This document shows, one piece after another, positions 8,096-19,725 of a stretch of DNA of 64,000 nt. The notes below the pieces were generated by a model. It was given only the letters and a program-made list of their open reading frames with translations, did no database searches and was not told the origin of the DNA. A program made the position numbers and the translations under genes. Position 1 is the first letter of the stretch; every line of letters starts with the position of its first letter. The DNA comes from Syntrophales bacterium (GTDB taxonomy: Bacteria; Desulfobacterota; Syntrophia; Syntrophales; UBA6807): the NCBI GenBank assembly GCA_040767195.1, contig JAXGPA010000004.1:15504-79503 (forward strand), written 5' to 3'.

Positions 8096-9553
8096 ATGGA
8101 ACTTTGCGAACGGACCATCCATGAGCTTCTGAAAATGCTGGACACCGGGGAGACCACCTCCACGGAGATCACCGAGTCGGTCTTCCGCCGCATCGACGCG
8201 GTGGAGGGCCGGATCCACTCCTACATCACCGTCCTTCGGGAATCGGCCCTGGAAAGGGCCGCCGAAAGCGACCGGGAAATCCGCCAGGGGGTCCGCAAAC
8301 CCCTGGGGGGGATCCCCATCGCGCTCAAGGACATCCTGTGCACCCGGGGGACCCGCACGACCTGCGGTTCCCGGATCCTGGAAAATTTCATCCCCCCCTA
8401 CGACGCCACGGTCGTCACGAAATTGCAGGACGCCGGCGCCGTGTTCGTGGGGAAAACGAACATGGACGAGTTCGCCATGGGCTCCTCCACGGAAACCTCC
8501 TATTTCGGCGTCACCCGGAATCCCTGGGACCTGGAGCGGACCCCCGGGGGCTCGAGCGGCGGCTCGGCCACGGCGGTGGCCGCCGGCCAGTGCATCGCCT
8601 CCATCGGCTCCGACACGGGCGGGTCGATCCGCCAGCCCGCGTCCCTCTGCGGGGTCGTGGGGATGAAGCCCACCTACGGCCGCGTGTCCCGGTTCGGCCT
8701 CATCGCTTTCGCCTCCTCCCTCGACCAGATCGGCCCGTTCACCCGGGACGTGGCGGACTGCGCCCTCATGATGAACGTCATCGCCGGCCACGACAGAAGG
8801 GAATCCACGTCGGTGCCCCGGGAGGTCCCGGACTACAGGGAATTCATCGGGAAGGACGTCCGGGGCTGGACGGTGGGCATCCCGAAGGAATACTTCATCG
8901 AGGGCATCGACCCCGAAACCTCCTCGGCCGTCGAGGAGGTGATCCGGACCCTCAAAGACCTGGGGGTGAAGACGAAGGAGGTCTCCCTTCCCCACACGGA
9001 CTACTGCGTCGCCGTCTACTACATCGTCGCCCCGGCCGAGGCGAGCTCCAACCTGGCCCGTTACGACGGCGTCCGCTACGGGTACCGGTCCGGCGAAGGG
9101 CGGGACCTTCTCGACATGTACAAGAAAACCCGGTCCGCCGGCTTCGGGGCGGAGGTTAAGCGCCGAATCATGATCGGGACCTATGCCCTCTCCTCCGGGT
9201 ACTACGACGCCTATTACAAGAAAGCCTCCCAGGTCCGGGCCCTCCTGAAGCGGGATTTCGACGAGGCCTTCCGGGAATGCGACGTCCTGCTCACGCCCAC
9301 GACGCCCACGCCGGCCTTCCGGCTCGGCGAAAAGATGGACGACCCTCTGCAGATGTACCTGTCCGACATTTTCACCCTCTCGGTCAACCTGGCCGGCATT
9401 CCCGGGATTTCCGTCCCCTGCGGCTTCACGAGGAGCGGCCTTCCCATCGGCGCCCAGTTCCTGGCGGGGCACTTCGACGAGGGCAAGATCCTCCAGGTCG
9501 CGTCGGCCTACGAAAAACACGCCAATTTAGAGAAAAGGAGACCGGCACTCTAA
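8096..9553 (+). CDS. gatA: Glutamyl-tRNA(Gln) amidotransferase subunit A
   Basis: Amidase signature GGSSGGSA, 485 aa, located between gatC and gatB. Confidence 0.95.
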   Translation: MELCERTIHELLKMLDTGETTSTEITESVFRRIDAVEGRIHSYITVLRESALERAAESDREIRQGVRKPLGGIPIALKDILCTRGTRTTCGSRILENFIPPYDATVVTKLQDAGAVFVGKTNMDEFAMGSSTETSYFGVTRNPWDLERTPGGSSGGSATAVAAGQCIASIGSDTGGSIRQPASLCGVVGMKPTYGRVSRFGLIAFASSLDQIGPFTRDVADCALMMNVIAGHDRRESTSVPREVPDYREFIGKDVRGWTVGIPKEYFIEGIDPETSSAVEEVIRTLKDLGVKTKEVSLPHTDYCVAVYYIVAPAEASSNLARYDGVRYGYRSGEGRDLLDMYKKTRSAGFGAEVKRRIMIGTYALSSGYYDAYYKKASQVRALLKRDFDEAFRECDVLLTPTTPTPAFRLGEKMDDPLQMYLSDIFTLSVNLAGIPGISVPCGFTRSGLPIGAQFLAGHFDEGKILQVASAYEKHANLEKRRPAL

Positions 9554-10986
9554 TGGAATACGAACCTGTCATCGGTCTTGAAGTTCACGCCCAGCTTCTC
9601 ACGGAGAGCAAGATTTTCTGCGGCTGCTCCACCCGGTTCGGCGTCCCGCCGAACCACAACACCTGCTGCATCTGCCTGGGCATGCCCGGCGTTCTGCCCG
9701 TGCTGAACAAAAAGGTGGTCGACTACGCCATGAAAATGGCCCTGGCCACCCACTGCCGGATCAACCCGTACAACATCTTCGCCCGGAAGAACTACTTCTA
9801 CCCCGATCTTCCCAAGGGGTACCAGATTTCACAGTACGCCGAACCGCTCGCCGAGGACGGGTACATCGACATGGACATGAACGGGACCCGCAAGCGGGTG
9901 GGCATCATCCGGATCCACCTGGAAGAGGACGCGGGCAAGCTTATCCACGACGAGCACTACCCCTCGAGTTACGTCGATTTCAACCGGACCGGCGTCCCCC
10001 TCATCGAGATCGTCAGCGCCCCGGACATGCGGAGCGCCGAAGAGGCGGAGGTCTACCTGAGGCGCCTTCACGAGATCCTCATCTACCTCGGCATCTGCGA
10101 CGGCAACATGGAAGAGGGGAGCTTCCGTTGCGACGCCAACATCTCCATCCGGCCCCGGGGGGAGGAGACGTTCGGGACCCGGGCGGAGCTGAAAAACATG
10201 AACTCCTTCCGGAACGTCCGCCGGGCCCTGGAATATGAAATCAAAAGGCAGCAGTACGTCCTCGAGGGCGGCGGCCGGGTGGTCCAGGAAACCCGCCTGT
10301 GGAACGACCCCCAGGGGGTGACCCACTCCATGAGGGGCAAGGAGGAGGCCCACGATTACCGGTACTTTCCCGACCCCGACCTGATCCGCGTGGAAATCTC
10401 CGACGCCTGGATCGACGATGTGCGCCGGAACCTTCCCGAGCTGCCCCTGGCGAAACGGGAGCGCTTTGTCGCCCAGTACGGCATTCCCCTCTACGACGCC
10501 TCGGTGCTCACGTCCAGCCAGGCCCTGGCGGGCTTTTTCGAGGCCGTGGTGGCGGTCTGCGGGAAGCCCAAGACGGCGAGCAACTGGGTCATGGGGGACC
10601 TCCTGGCCCACCTGAACCTGGAACGGAAAGATATCGCCGAAAGCCCCGTGACGCCGGGAACCCTCGCGGAGATGATCGGCATGATCGAGGACGGAACCAT
10701 CAGCGGCAAGATCGCCAAGGACGTCTTCGAGGAGATGTGGTCTTCGGGAAAGTCCCCCCGGCAGATCGTCGAGGAGAAAGGCCTCGTCCAGATCACCGAC
10801 ACGGCCTTCCTGGAAGAGGCCATCGACGAAGTCCTGAAGGCCAACCCCGTTCAGCTCGAGCAGTACCGCGGGGGCAAGGACAAGCTCTTCGGGTACTTCG
10901 TCGGCCAGACCATGAAGCTCACCAAGGGAAAGGCCAACCCGGCCCTCCTGAACGAGCTTCTCAGGAAGAAGCTGTCGGAAGGATGA
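9553..10986 (+). CDS. gatB: Asp/Glu-tRNA amidotransferase subunit B
   Basis: N-terminus [25 protein letters not shown]. The ATG overlaps the gatA TAA stop (TAATG). Confidence 0.95.
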   Translation: MEYEPVIGLEVHAQLLTESKIFCGCSTRFGVPPNHNTCCICLGMPGVLPVLNKKVVDYAMKMALATHCRINPYNIFARKNYFYPDLPKGYQISQYAEPLAEDGYIDMDMNGTRKRVGIIRIHLEEDAGKLIHDEHYPSSYVDFNRTGVPLIEIVSAPDMRSAEEAEVYLRRLHEILIYLGICDGNMEEGSFRCDANISIRPRGEETFGTRAELKNMNSFRNVRRALEYEIKRQQYVLEGGGRVVQETRLWNDPQGVTHSMRGKEEAHDYRYFPDPDLIRVEISDAWIDDVRRNLPELPLAKRERFVAQYGIPLYDASVLTSSQALAGFFEAVVAVCGKPKTASNWVMGDLLAHLNLERKDIAESPVTPGTLAEMIGMIEDGTISGKIAKDVFEEMWSSGKSPRQIVEEKGLVQITDTAFLEEAIDEVLKANPVQLEQYRGGKDKLFGYFVGQTMKLTKGKANPALLNELLRKKLSEG

Positions 10987-12032
10987 TTCGACCCATCGCG
11001 TGGAACGGTGAAGGCGTCGTTCTTCTCGACCAGCGGGCCCTCCCGGGGGAGGAGCGGTACCTCACCCTCGGGGACTGGCGGGAGGTCGTCGAAGCCATCC
11101 GGAACCTCACCGTCCGGGGCGCGCCGGCCATCGGCGTCACCGCCGCCCTGGGCATCGCCCAGGCCATGAGGACCCCCCTGTCCCGCGACCGTGACGGGAT
11201 GACCGCTTTTTTCAGCGAGGTCTGCCGGGCCTTTGCCGCGAGCCGCCCGACGGCGGTGAACCTCTTCTGGGCCATCGACAGGATGACACGGCGCTTCGAG
11301 CGGGAGCGGGAGCGGGACCCCGGCGGCGTGGCCGACGGGCTCGTCAACGAGGCCCTGGCCATCTTCCGCGAGGACATCGAGGCGAACGAGGCCCTGGGTC
11401 GCCACGGCGCGGCCCTCGTCCCCGACGGCGCCCGCATCCTCACCCACTGCAACGCCGGGGCCCTTGCCACGGCGGGGTACGGCACCGCCCTCGGCGTCGT
11501 CCGGGCCGCCCGGGACGCCGGGAAAACCCTTCACGTTTTCATCGACGAAACCCGGCCCGTTCTCCAGGGCGCCCGCCTCACCGCCTGGGAGATGCAAAAA
11601 GAGAATATCCCCGCCACCCTCGTCACCGACGGCATGGCGGGGGCCCTCATGGCCCGGGGCAAGGTCGATCTCGTCATCACCGGTGCCGACCGGATCGCCG
11701 CCAACGGCGACACGGCCAATAAAATCGGGACCTACACGGTCGCCGTCCTCGCCCGGGAGCACGGCCTCCCCTTCTACGTCGCCGCCCCTCTCTCGACGGT
11801 GGACCGGACCCTCGCCGGCGGCGCGGACATCCCCGTGGAAGAACGGGACCCCGGCGAGGTCACCTGTTTCGCCGGCCGTCTCATCGCGCCGGAAGGCATC
11901 GCCGTGTGGAACCCCGCCTTCGACATCACCCCCGGCAGGCTCATCACGGCCATCGTCACGGAAAAGGGCATCCTCAAGCCGCCTTTCGACAAGGCGCTCA
12001 AGACCTGTTTCGACGAAGCGGGGGGGTCTTAG
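10983..12032 (+). CDS. mtnA: S-methyl-5-thioribose-1-phosphate isomerase (eIF-2B alpha/beta/delta family)
   Basis: [21 protein letters not shown] and [17 protein letters not shown] are typical. The ATGA overlap with the gatB stop suggests translational coupling. Confidence 0.85.
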   Translation: MIRPIAWNGEGVVLLDQRALPGEERYLTLGDWREVVEAIRNLTVRGAPAIGVTAALGIAQAMRTPLSRDRDGMTAFFSEVCRAFAASRPTAVNLFWAIDRMTRRFERERERDPGGVADGLVNEALAIFREDIEANEALGRHGAALVPDGARILTHCNAGALATAGYGTALGVVRAARDAGKTLHVFIDETRPVLQGARLTAWEMQKENIPATLVTDGMAGALMARGKVDLVITGADRIAANGDTANKIGTYTVAVLAREHGLPFYVAAPLSTVDRTLAGGADIPVEERDPGEVTCFAGRLIAPEGIAVWNPAFDITPGRLITAIVTEKGILKPPFDKALKTCFDEAGGS

Positions 12033-12038
12033 GCGGCC

Positions 12039-12656
12039 ATGCTCTACCTCTTCGATTTCGACGGCGTCCTGGTCGATTCCCTCGCCTTTTACGAGGAACT
12101 TGTCCGGACCTCCCTGGAAGACATGGGACTTTTCATTGTCCGGGACCGGCAGGATTATCTCGACCTTTTCGAGGATAATTTTTATGAATCCCTGCGGGGC
12201 CGCGGCGTGGACGTGGAGACGTTCAACGCGCGCGCCCGGGCCCGGGCGGCCGCGGCCGACTACGGGAGAATCACCCCCGTCGCGGGAATGGCCGCCGTTC
12301 TGCCCGCCCTCCAAAGGAACGGGATCCGGAACGTCATCATCTCCTCCAACGCTTCCGGGGCCATCGAGACGGTCCTCGAGAGAAGCGGGTGGTCCCGCTT
12401 TTTCGAGGGCGTTCTCAGCGCCGACTTCATGCTCGAGAAGGTGGGTAAAATCCTTCATGCCCGGGAGCGATGGAACGAACAGGGCGGTCCCGTCTTTTAC
12501 ATCGGCGACACAGCCGGCGACATCCGGGAGGCCCGGGCCGCCGGCGCGAACACCGTGGCCGTGACCTGGGGCTGGCATTCGGAGGAACAGCTCCGTAAAG
12601 CCCGGCCCGACGCTGTCGTTCACCACCCTTCCGAACTGATCGGTCTCACCGGCTGA
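12039..12656 (+). CDS. HAD-superfamily hydrolase (phosphoglycolate phosphatase-like)
   Basis: DxD motif LFDFDGVL and C-terminal GDTAGD. The gene starts 6 nt after mtnA. Confidence 0.75.
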   Translation: MLYLFDFDGVLVDSLAFYEELVRTSLEDMGLFIVRDRQDYLDLFEDNFYESLRGRGVDVETFNARARARAAAADYGRITPVAGMAAVLPALQRNGIRNVIISSNASGAIETVLERSGWSRFFEGVLSADFMLEKVGKILHARERWNEQGGPVFYIGDTAGDIREARAAGANTVAVTWGWHSEEQLRKARPDAVVHHPSELIGLTG

Positions 12657-12999
12657 CCCCCGAAGGGCCGCTTTCCGGGACGATCCTCCTCGCTCCGAAA
12701 AATGTCATCCCGTTTGACCCGCCCGTAATCGAAATCGGAGATCCCCCTTAACGGACATTAAAGAGGATTATGGAGATTTCCGGCGATCCCGCCGTTAACG
12801 GAAAGATAGACTTTTATTTCAAAACCCAGTATATTGAATTCATAATAGGGAGTTTTGAAACATTCCTGGCTTTTTTTTCATAGTCCCGTGACGTCTCCCT
12901 GATCCTTTTCGGCCGAGAACCTGTCCCGACGGTGATGACCTTTAATCGTTCCCGATTCACAAGGATGTGAATCGAAAAAAAGCATAGGAGGTCAAGGCC

Positions 13000-13584
13000 A
13001 TGAAAACACGCAAGTCGGCAATCGTCACCCTGGTATGCCTGTTTCTTTTCGTTTTTTCGGGTATCGCGGCGGCGGACCAGTGCGTCCGGATTCCTTACGC
13101 GGCCCACAACCCGACGGCGGGCTGGGCCGTGGGCGTCGCGATCACAAACTACGCGGGAACGGCCATCGAAGATCTCACCCTGGACGTCGTCACCAGCGAG
13201 GGGGAATATTACCTCGGCGGGGTCAGCGCGAAGGCCGTGGGAGATGATCGGGAAGATCTTGCAGCGCCATCTATTCCTATTGTTACGAACTACCGAAAGG
13301 ACCTCGGAACACTGGATGAGTACGCCATGATGGTGAACACGCTGAACGGTCTTTACGGAAAGACACTGCCCTATGACGAGAAAGGGCGTTACTGGTGTGA
13401 AATATGGCACCCCGGATCGGAGAAATTCGGAGTCTGTGTCTTCGTCCTGAACACCAATTCGGGAGCCGGGGAAGGATTCGGATTCCAGACATACGATTCC
13501 GCCTCCCGGGCTCATACATTCTCTGAACACATAGAGTATATCGGACCGATAGGACCGGAACCCCCTATTGAACCGCCATTTTAG
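13000..13584 (+). CDS. Secreted hypothetical protein (194 aa) with no recognisable domain
   Basis: AGGAGG SD 8 nt upstream. Signal peptide MKTRKSAIVTLVCLFLFVFSGIAAA. A clean terminator follows downstream. The surroundings are visibly lower in GC. Confidence 0.7.
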   Translation: MKTRKSAIVTLVCLFLFVFSGIAAADQCVRIPYAAHNPTAGWAVGVAITNYAGTAIEDLTLDVVTSEGEYYLGGVSAKAVGDDREDLAAPSIPIVTNYRKDLGTLDEYAMMVNTLNGLYGKTLPYDEKGRYWCEIWHPGSEKFGVCVFVLNTNSGAGEGFGFQTYDSASRAHTFSEHIEYIGPIGPEPPIEPPF

Positions 13585-13640
13585 CTTAGCCTGTCAAAAG
13601 CACGCTCCTGACCGGCAACGGTAACGCCAGGCGACGGTGA

Positions 13641-13681
13641 GGATGTTTTCGAGCAAGCCGTTCGAAAACATCCTTTTTTTG
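13641..13681 (+). terminator. Rho-independent terminator
   Basis: GGATGTTTTCGA (13641-52) pairs with TCGAAAACATCC (13662-73), followed by a T8 run. Confidence 0.7.
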
Positions 13682-13971
13682 TAAAAAGGCCTCCCCTTCC
13701 TGGATCTAAACACGGTTTCGCGATGCTTCCTTCCCGGGCGACGGGGCCGCGCTTGACAATCACCCGTCTTTGAAGGCGGTGTCAGAACGGAAGTCACGGC
13801 AAGCGAAAGCATGCTTCAAGAAGAATCGCAAATGCCCGCTTCCCCTTTCAGCACCCCTGGAAAACAGTATCCTGTTGAAATTGATGGCCCCAAGTGGTAA
13901 GGGAAAGGTCATCCGTCGCCGGTCTGGCGGAGACAGCCGGGACAACTCGGGGAGAAGCGGAAAAAAAGATC

Positions 13972-14997
13972 ATGAAAAAGGCCTTTATCACGGGAATCAC
14001 CGGCCAGGACGGATCCTACCTTGCCGAGCTCCTTCTGAACAAGGGGTACGAGGTACACGGCCTGATCCGCCGTTCGAGCACGTTCAACACCGACCGGATC
14101 GACCACCTTTACCGGGATTTTCACGACCCCCGGGCGAAACTGTTTCTCCACTACGGAGACCTGTCCGTGTCGGGGCAGATGATGGACCTTCTCCATGATC
14201 TTCAGCCCGACGAAATCTACCACCTGGGCGCCCAAAGCCATGTCCGCGTCAGTTTCGACATGCCCGAGTACACGGGGGACGTCACCGGCATGGGAACCCT
14301 TCGGATCCTCGAAGCCATCCGGAAAACGGGCATCAGGACACGATTTTACCAGGCCTCGTCGAGCGAGATGTTCGGCGCCGCGCCGCCGCCCCAGAGCGAG
14401 AAGACACCGTTCCAGCCCCAGAGTCCCTACGCCGCCGCCAAGGTCTACGGCTACCACGTTACCGTCAACTACCGCCGGGCCTACGGCCTTTTCGCCTGCA
14501 ACGGGATCCTCTTCAATCACGAATCCCCCCGGCGGGGAGAGACGTTCGTCACCCGGAAAATCACCCGGGCGGCCACGCGGATCAGCCTGGGGCTCCAGGA
14601 GAAGCTCTTCCTGGGGAACCTGGACGCCAGCCGGGACTGGGGTTTCGCCGGCGACTACGTGGAGGCCATGTGGCTCATGGTCCAGGCGGAAAAGCCGGAC
14701 GATTACGTCATCGCCACGGGAGAAACCCACTCGGTCCGCGAATTCGTGGACCGGGTCTTCGCAAAGCTCGGCATGGACTACCGGGACCACGTGGAAATCG
14801 ACGAAAAGTACTTCCGGCCCACGGAAGTGGACATTCTCCTCGGGGACGCCGGAAAGGCGAAGCGGGACCTCGGATGGGTACCGAAAACCACCTTCGAGGG
14901 CCTCATCGACATGATGATCGAATCGGACCTGGACCTGGCGAAAAAGGAAAAAACCCTCATCGACGCCGGGTACGGACCGGGAAACCGAACCTCTTAA
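13972..14997 (+). CDS. gmd: GDP-mannose 4,6-dehydratase
   Basis: N-terminus [22 protein letters not shown]. Start is internal to ORF 13894..14997. Confidence 0.93.
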   Translation: MKKAFITGITGQDGSYLAELLLNKGYEVHGLIRRSSTFNTDRIDHLYRDFHDPRAKLFLHYGDLSVSGQMMDLLHDLQPDEIYHLGAQSHVRVSFDMPEYTGDVTGMGTLRILEAIRKTGIRTRFYQASSSEMFGAAPPPQSEKTPFQPQSPYAAAKVYGYHVTVNYRRAYGLFACNGILFNHESPRRGETFVTRKITRAATRISLGLQEKLFLGNLDASRDWGFAGDYVEAMWLMVQAEKPDDYVIATGETHSVREFVDRVFAKLGMDYRDHVEIDEKYFRPTEVDILLGDAGKAKRDLGWVPKTTFEGLIDMMIESDLDLAKKEKTLIDAGYGPGNRTS

Positions 14998-15050
14998 GAT
15001 CGGCGCCGGAGGCGGGGACGGCCGCAAAGAAACGAGACGGCAGGCAGAGG

Positions 15051-16049
15051 ATGGAACAAGACGAGAAGATCTACGTGGCCGGCCACCGGGGACTGGCCGG
15101 TTCGGCCATCCGCCGCTGCCTTGAAAAGCAGGGTTACCGGAATCTTGTCGTGAAGACCCGGGAGGAACTCGACCTGACCCGGCAGGCCGCCGTGGAGGCC
15201 TTCTTCGAAGAGGAACGGCCCCGGTTCGTTTTCCTCGCCGCGGCGAAGGTCGGAGGTATCCTGGCCAACAGCACCCGCCCCGCCGAATTCATCTATGAGA
15301 ATCTGGCCATCGAGACAAACGTGATCCGTTCGGCCTGGGAAACGGGGGTGGAGCGGCTCCTTTTCCTGGGAAGCTCCTGCATCTACCCCCGGTCGGCCCC
15401 CCAGCCCCTGAAGGAAGAAGATCTTCTCACCGGGGAACTGGAAAGGACGAACGAGCCCTACGCCGTAGCCAAGATCGCCGGCATGAAGATGTGCGAGTCC
15501 TTCAGCCGCCAGCACGGGGCCCGCTTTTTTTCTGTCATGCCCACCAATCTCTACGGTCCGAACGACAACTTCGACCGGGAAAGTGCCCACGTGCTGCCCG
15601 CCCTGATCCGGCGTTTTCAGGAAGCGAAGGAAGCCGGGGCCGATTCGGTCACCGTCTGGGGAACGGGGACGCCGAGACGGGAATTCCTCCACTCCGACGA
15701 CATGGCCCGGGCCTGCTGCTTTCTCATGAACCTTCCCGACCCGGTCCTGGATGGCGAATTTTTCCGGTACCCCCGCCCTCCCTTCGTCAACATCGGCACG
15801 GGGTCGGACATTTCCATCGGCGACCTGGCCGGCCTGATCCGGGACGTTACGGGGTTCGGTGGCCAGCTCCGGTTCGACCCGACGAAGCCAGACGGGACGC
15901 CCCGGAAACTTCTCGACGTGTCCCGGATGAAACGACTCGGCTGGGCGGCCGAGATCGGCCTTCGGGAAGGCATCGAAAGCACCTGCCGGTGGTTCAGGGA
16001 AAACCGGGATCAGGGAAAAAAGGTTACGGAGAAAGAGAGCGTCCCATGA
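15051..16049 (+). CDS. fcl: GDP-L-fucose synthase
   Basis: [14 protein letters not shown] and the downstream SDR pattern are typical. It follows gmd. Confidence 0.9.
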   Translation: MEQDEKIYVAGHRGLAGSAIRRCLEKQGYRNLVVKTREELDLTRQAAVEAFFEEERPRFVFLAAAKVGGILANSTRPAEFIYENLAIETNVIRSAWETGVERLLFLGSSCIYPRSAPQPLKEEDLLTGELERTNEPYAVAKIAGMKMCESFSRQHGARFFSVMPTNLYGPNDNFDRESAHVLPALIRRFQEAKEAGADSVTVWGTGTPRREFLHSDDMARACCFLMNLPDPVLDGEFFRYPRPPFVNIGTGSDISIGDLAGLIRDVTGFGGQLRFDPTKPDGTPRKLLDVSRMKRLGWAAEIGLREGIESTCRWFRENRDQGKKVTEKESVP

Positions 16050-17092
16050 GGGGTTCATCGCACCGTCAACGTATTCTGGTGACCGGCGGCGCCGGTTTCC
16101 TCGGCTCCCACCTGTGCGAGAGGCTCCTCGGCGAGGGCCACGACGTCGTGTGCGTGGACAATTTCTTCACGGGATCGAAGGAAAACATCCTTCCCCTTCT
16201 CTCCCACCCCCGGTTCGAGCTGATCCGCCACGACATCACCATGCCCCTTTTCGTCGAGGTCGACCGGATCTACAATCTCGCCTGTCCCGCGTCGCCGGTG
16301 CACTACCAGTACAACGCCATCAAGACCGTCAAGACGAACGTCCTGGGAACCATTCATGTCCTCGGAATCGCCAAGCGGGTCCGCGCCCGGATCCTGCAGG
16401 CGTCCACCTCGGAGGTCTACGGGGACCCGGAAGTCCATCCCCAGAGGGAAACCTACTGGGGGCGGGTGAACCCCATCGGGATACGGAGCTGCTACGACGA
16501 AGGCAAGAGAGCCGCCGAGTGCCTCATGATGGACTATCACCGCCAGAACGGCGTGGACGTCAAGATCGCTCGGATCTTCAACACCTACGGGCCGAGAATG
16601 GCCCTCGACGACGGCCGGGTGGTGAGCAACTTTATCGTCCAGGCCCTGAGGGGGGAGGACATCACCGTCTACGGCGAGGGAACCCAGACCCGGTCCTTCT
16701 GTTACGTCGACGACATGATCGAGGGCCTCACGGCGATGATGGAATCGGAGAGCGGCTTTATCGGGCCGGTCAACCTGGGAAACCCGGAAGAGTTCACCAT
16801 CCGCCGGCTTGCGGAAACCGTTATCAAAATGACGGGATCATCATCGAAAATCGTTTACAGGCCCCTTCCCCCGGATGACCCCGTCCAGCGCCGCCCCGAC
16901 ATCACCCTGGCAAAGGAAAGGCTTGACTGGTCCCCCCGGGTCCCCCTGGAAAAGGGGCTGGCAAAGACGATCGACTATTTCAGCAAACTTCTCCCGGAAG
17001 TTGGAACCGGTCCACGGCCGGCCGGCCCGGGATCCGGGCGGAGGAAACCCGGTGTTTCGAAAAGAGGGGTCCGAGGAAAACATGACCGTTGA
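16046..17092 (+). CDS. UDP-glucuronate decarboxylase (UDP-xylose synthase)
   Basis: [34 protein letters not shown] is typical of UXS. ATGA overlap with the fcl stop. Confidence 0.9.
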   Translation: MRGSSHRQRILVTGGAGFLGSHLCERLLGEGHDVVCVDNFFTGSKENILPLLSHPRFELIRHDITMPLFVEVDRIYNLACPASPVHYQYNAIKTVKTNVLGTIHVLGIAKRVRARILQASTSEVYGDPEVHPQRETYWGRVNPIGIRSCYDEGKRAAECLMMDYHRQNGVDVKIARIFNTYGPRMALDDGRVVSNFIVQALRGEDITVYGEGTQTRSFCYVDDMIEGLTAMMESESGFIGPVNLGNPEEFTIRRLAETVIKMTGSSSKIVYRPLPPDDPVQRRPDITLAKERLDWSPRVPLEKGLAKTIDYFSKLLPEVGTGPRPAGPGSGRRKPGVSKRGVRGKHDR

Positions 17093-18458
17093 AAAACGTA
17101 TTCTCTGCATCGGGGCCGGGTATGTCGGCGGCCCCACCATGGCGATGATCGCCCACAAGTGTCCCCAGTACCGGGTAACGGTCGTGGACATCAACGGGGA
17201 ACGGATCGCCCGCTGGAATTCGGACAGGCTCCCCGTCTTCGAACCGGGTCTCGATGAAATCGTGAGAGACACCCGGGGCCGGAACCTGTTCTTCAGCACC
17301 GACATCCCGAAAGGTATCGCGGAAAACGACATCATCTTCGTCAGCGTCAACACGCCCACGAAAACATTCGGCGTCGGCGCCGGCATGGCGGCGGATCTCC
17401 GGTACTGGGAAATGACGGCCCGGGAAATCCTGAAATACGCCAAGTCCCCGAAAATCGTCATTGAAAAGAGCACCCTCCCGGTCAAGACGGCCCTGGCCAT
17501 GGAGCGCATCCTGAACAGCAATCATCACGGGATCGCTTTTGACGTCCTGTCGAACCCCGAGTTCCTGGCCGAGGGATCGGCCGTCCGGGACCTGGAATCG
17601 CCGGACCGTATCCTCATCGGTTCGGAGCAGACCGAGGAGGGCCTCCGGGCCCGGGACACGCTGGTGGAAATTTACGCCAACTGGGTCCCCCGTGAAAAGA
17701 TCCTGACGTCCAACATCTGGAGCAGCGAGCTTTCCAAGCTCGTGTCCAACGCCTTTCTCGCCCAGCGGATCTCCTCCATCAACGCCATTTCCGCCCTTTG
17801 CGAAAAAACGGATGCCGACGTCACCGAGGTTTCCCGGGCCGTGGGCATGGACAGCCGGATCGGTCCCAAATTCCTGAACGCCAGCATCGGCTTTGGCGGA
17901 TCCTGCTTCAAGAAGGATATCCTGAACCTCGTTTACCTCTGTCAACACTACGGGCTCACGGAAGTGGCCGACTACTGGAACGCCGTTCTCCGGATCAACG
18001 ACTACCAGAAGGACCGGTTCATCCTGACGATGATTAACGCCATGTTCCACACCCTGTCGGACAAGAAGATCTGCCTGTGGGGCTTCGCCTTCAAGGCCGA
18101 CACGGGAGACACCCGGGAAAGCCCCGCCATCTGCATCGCCAGAAGGCTTGTCGAGGAAAACGCCCGGGTGGTCGTTTCCGATCCCAGGGCCCTGGAAAAC
18201 GCCCGGGCGGACCTACGGGACACGGGCGCGGACGTTTCCTACGTGGAGGACCCCGCGGAGGCGGCCCGGGGGTGCCACGCCCTGTGCGTTCTCACCGAGT
18301 GGGATCTTTACAGGCACCAGGATTTTGAAAAAATTTACCATTCCATGGAGAAACCGGCCTTTCTCTTTGACGGCCGGAACATCCTGGACCATGAAATGTG
18401 CTTTGACATCGGGTTCAATGTGTATCCCATCGGGAAACCCCCCTTGACCCACTTCTGA
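17082..18458 (+). CDS. ugd: UDP-glucose 6-dehydrogenase (long, eukaryote-like type)
   Basis: [24 protein letters not shown] and [10 protein letters not shown] are typical. The start overlaps the end of uxs. Confidence 0.92.
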   Translation: MTVEKRILCIGAGYVGGPTMAMIAHKCPQYRVTVVDINGERIARWNSDRLPVFEPGLDEIVRDTRGRNLFFSTDIPKGIAENDIIFVSVNTPTKTFGVGAGMAADLRYWEMTAREILKYAKSPKIVIEKSTLPVKTALAMERILNSNHHGIAFDVLSNPEFLAEGSAVRDLESPDRILIGSEQTEEGLRARDTLVEIYANWVPREKILTSNIWSSELSKLVSNAFLAQRISSINAISALCEKTDADVTEVSRAVGMDSRIGPKFLNASIGFGGSCFKKDILNLVYLCQHYGLTEVADYWNAVLRINDYQKDRFILTMINAMFHTLSDKKICLWGFAFKADTGDTRESPAICIARRLVEENARVVVSDPRALENARADLRDTGADVSYVEDPAEAARGCHALCVLTEWDLYRHQDFEKIYHSMEKPAFLFDGRNILDHEMCFDIGFNVYPIGKPPLTHF

Positions 18459-18581
18459 CGGCTTCGTCGTGAGTCCCTGTGCTGCGTTGCCCTTCATCCC
18501 TCGTCACTGCGGCGTACCAACCCGAACGCCTCGCTCCCCGGGATTCAGGCGCCTTGCCTCCGGACTTATTACGACGCCGTC
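18457..18581. mobile_element. 125-bp MITE/REP-like palindromic element with ~20-bp terminal inverted repeats
   Basis: The left end GACGGCTTCGTCGTGAGTCC matches the reverse complement of the right end, GACGGCGTCGTAATAAGTCC, at 15 of 20 positions. The interior is partly self-complementary. A related half-copy lies at 36539-36595. Confidence 0.5.
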
Positions 18582-18639
18582 CTGAGATGATTTACTGGCT
18601 TCTTTCTATGAGCTTATTATCCATGACAAACGGGGGCCC

Positions 18640-19659
18640 ATGATACTCATCACCGGCGCCGCCGGTTTCATCGGGTTCCACCTCGCCCGGCGCCTGCTGG
18701 AGGACGGGGAAGCCGTCACCGGCCTGGACAACCTGAACGACTACTACGACGTGTCCCTCAAGGAGGCGCGGCTGGCCCTTCTCCGGGAACACCCCCGCTT
18801 CGTCTTCCACCGGATCGATCTTGGCGACCGCCCCGCCATGGAGAACCTTTTTGGCGTTCTCGGGGAATCCGGCGATCTTACCGTGGTTCATCTCGCCGCC
18901 CAGGCGGGCGTCCGCCACTCCCTCGTCAACCCCCATGTCTACACGGACAGCAATATTACGGGCTTTCTGAACATTCTCGAGGGCTGCCGGTCCATCCGTC
19001 CCCGTCACCTGGTCTTCGCCTCTTCCAGCTCCGTTTACGGGGGCAACACGAAAATGCCCTTCTCCGTCCACGACAACGTGGATCACCCCCTGAGCCTTTA
19101 CGGGGCCACCAAGAAGGCGAACGAGCTCATGGCCCACGCCTACGCCGCCCTCTTCGGCATTCCCGTCACGGGTCTCCGGTTCTTCACCGTCTACGGCCCC
19201 TGGGGCCGCCCGGACATGGCCCTCTTTCTCTTCACCCGGGCCATCCTTGACGGGAAGCCCATCGACATTTACAATTACGGCCGCATGAGACGGGATTTCA
19301 CGTACGTCGACGACATCATCGAGGGGGTTGTCCGGATCATGAAACGGGTCCCCGAAGGCGCGTCCCAGCCGCCGGAAAACAGGCCGGACCCGGGCTCCCC
19401 TTTCGCTCCTTACCGGATCTACAACATCGGCAACGGCAGGCCCGTCGATCTCCTCGAATTCGTCGGCATCCTGGAAAGGCACCTGGGCCGGGAGGCGAAG
19501 AAAAACCTGCTGCCGCTCCAGCCGGGCGATGTGGCGGCCACCTGGGCCGACGTGGAAGACCTGGCGGAAGCGACCGGTTTCCGTCCCCGGACGCCCGTCG
19601 AAGAGGGAATCGGCAGGTTCGTCGCGTGGTACCGTGATTACTACGGCGGCAAGAGGTGA
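18640..19659 (+). CDS. NAD-dependent epimerase, UDP-glucuronate 4-epimerase-like
   Basis: MILITGAAGFIGFHLARRLL..GLDNLNDYYD is typical of the Cap1J/LpsL-type epimerases. Confidence 0.85.
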   Translation: MILITGAAGFIGFHLARRLLEDGEAVTGLDNLNDYYDVSLKEARLALLREHPRFVFHRIDLGDRPAMENLFGVLGESGDLTVVHLAAQAGVRHSLVNPHVYTDSNITGFLNILEGCRSIRPRHLVFASSSSVYGGNTKMPFSVHDNVDHPLSLYGATKKANELMAHAYAALFGIPVTGLRFFTVYGPWGRPDMALFLFTRAILDGKPIDIYNYGRMRRDFTYVDDIIEGVVRIMKRVPEGASQPPENRPDPGSPFAPYRIYNIGNGRPVDLLEFVGILERHLGREAKKNLLPLQPGDVAATWADVEDLAEATGFRPRTPVEEGIGRFVAWYRDYYGGKR

Positions 19660-19725
19660 CGGCCGCCTTTATTTTCTGACAGAACCGTCGTTGAGGCAAG
19701 TAACCGATCACACCAGGAGGTTTTC

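Noticed and set aside
13775-13783. An ops/JUMPstart-like GGCGGTGTC upstream of the nucleotide-sugar operon, which would imply an RfaH-type antitermination signal.
   Set aside because: Only 6 of the ~12 ops positions match (consensus GGCGGTAGnnTG). No RfaH/LoaP-like gene is in the window, and a hexamer this short is expected by chance in GC-rich DNA.
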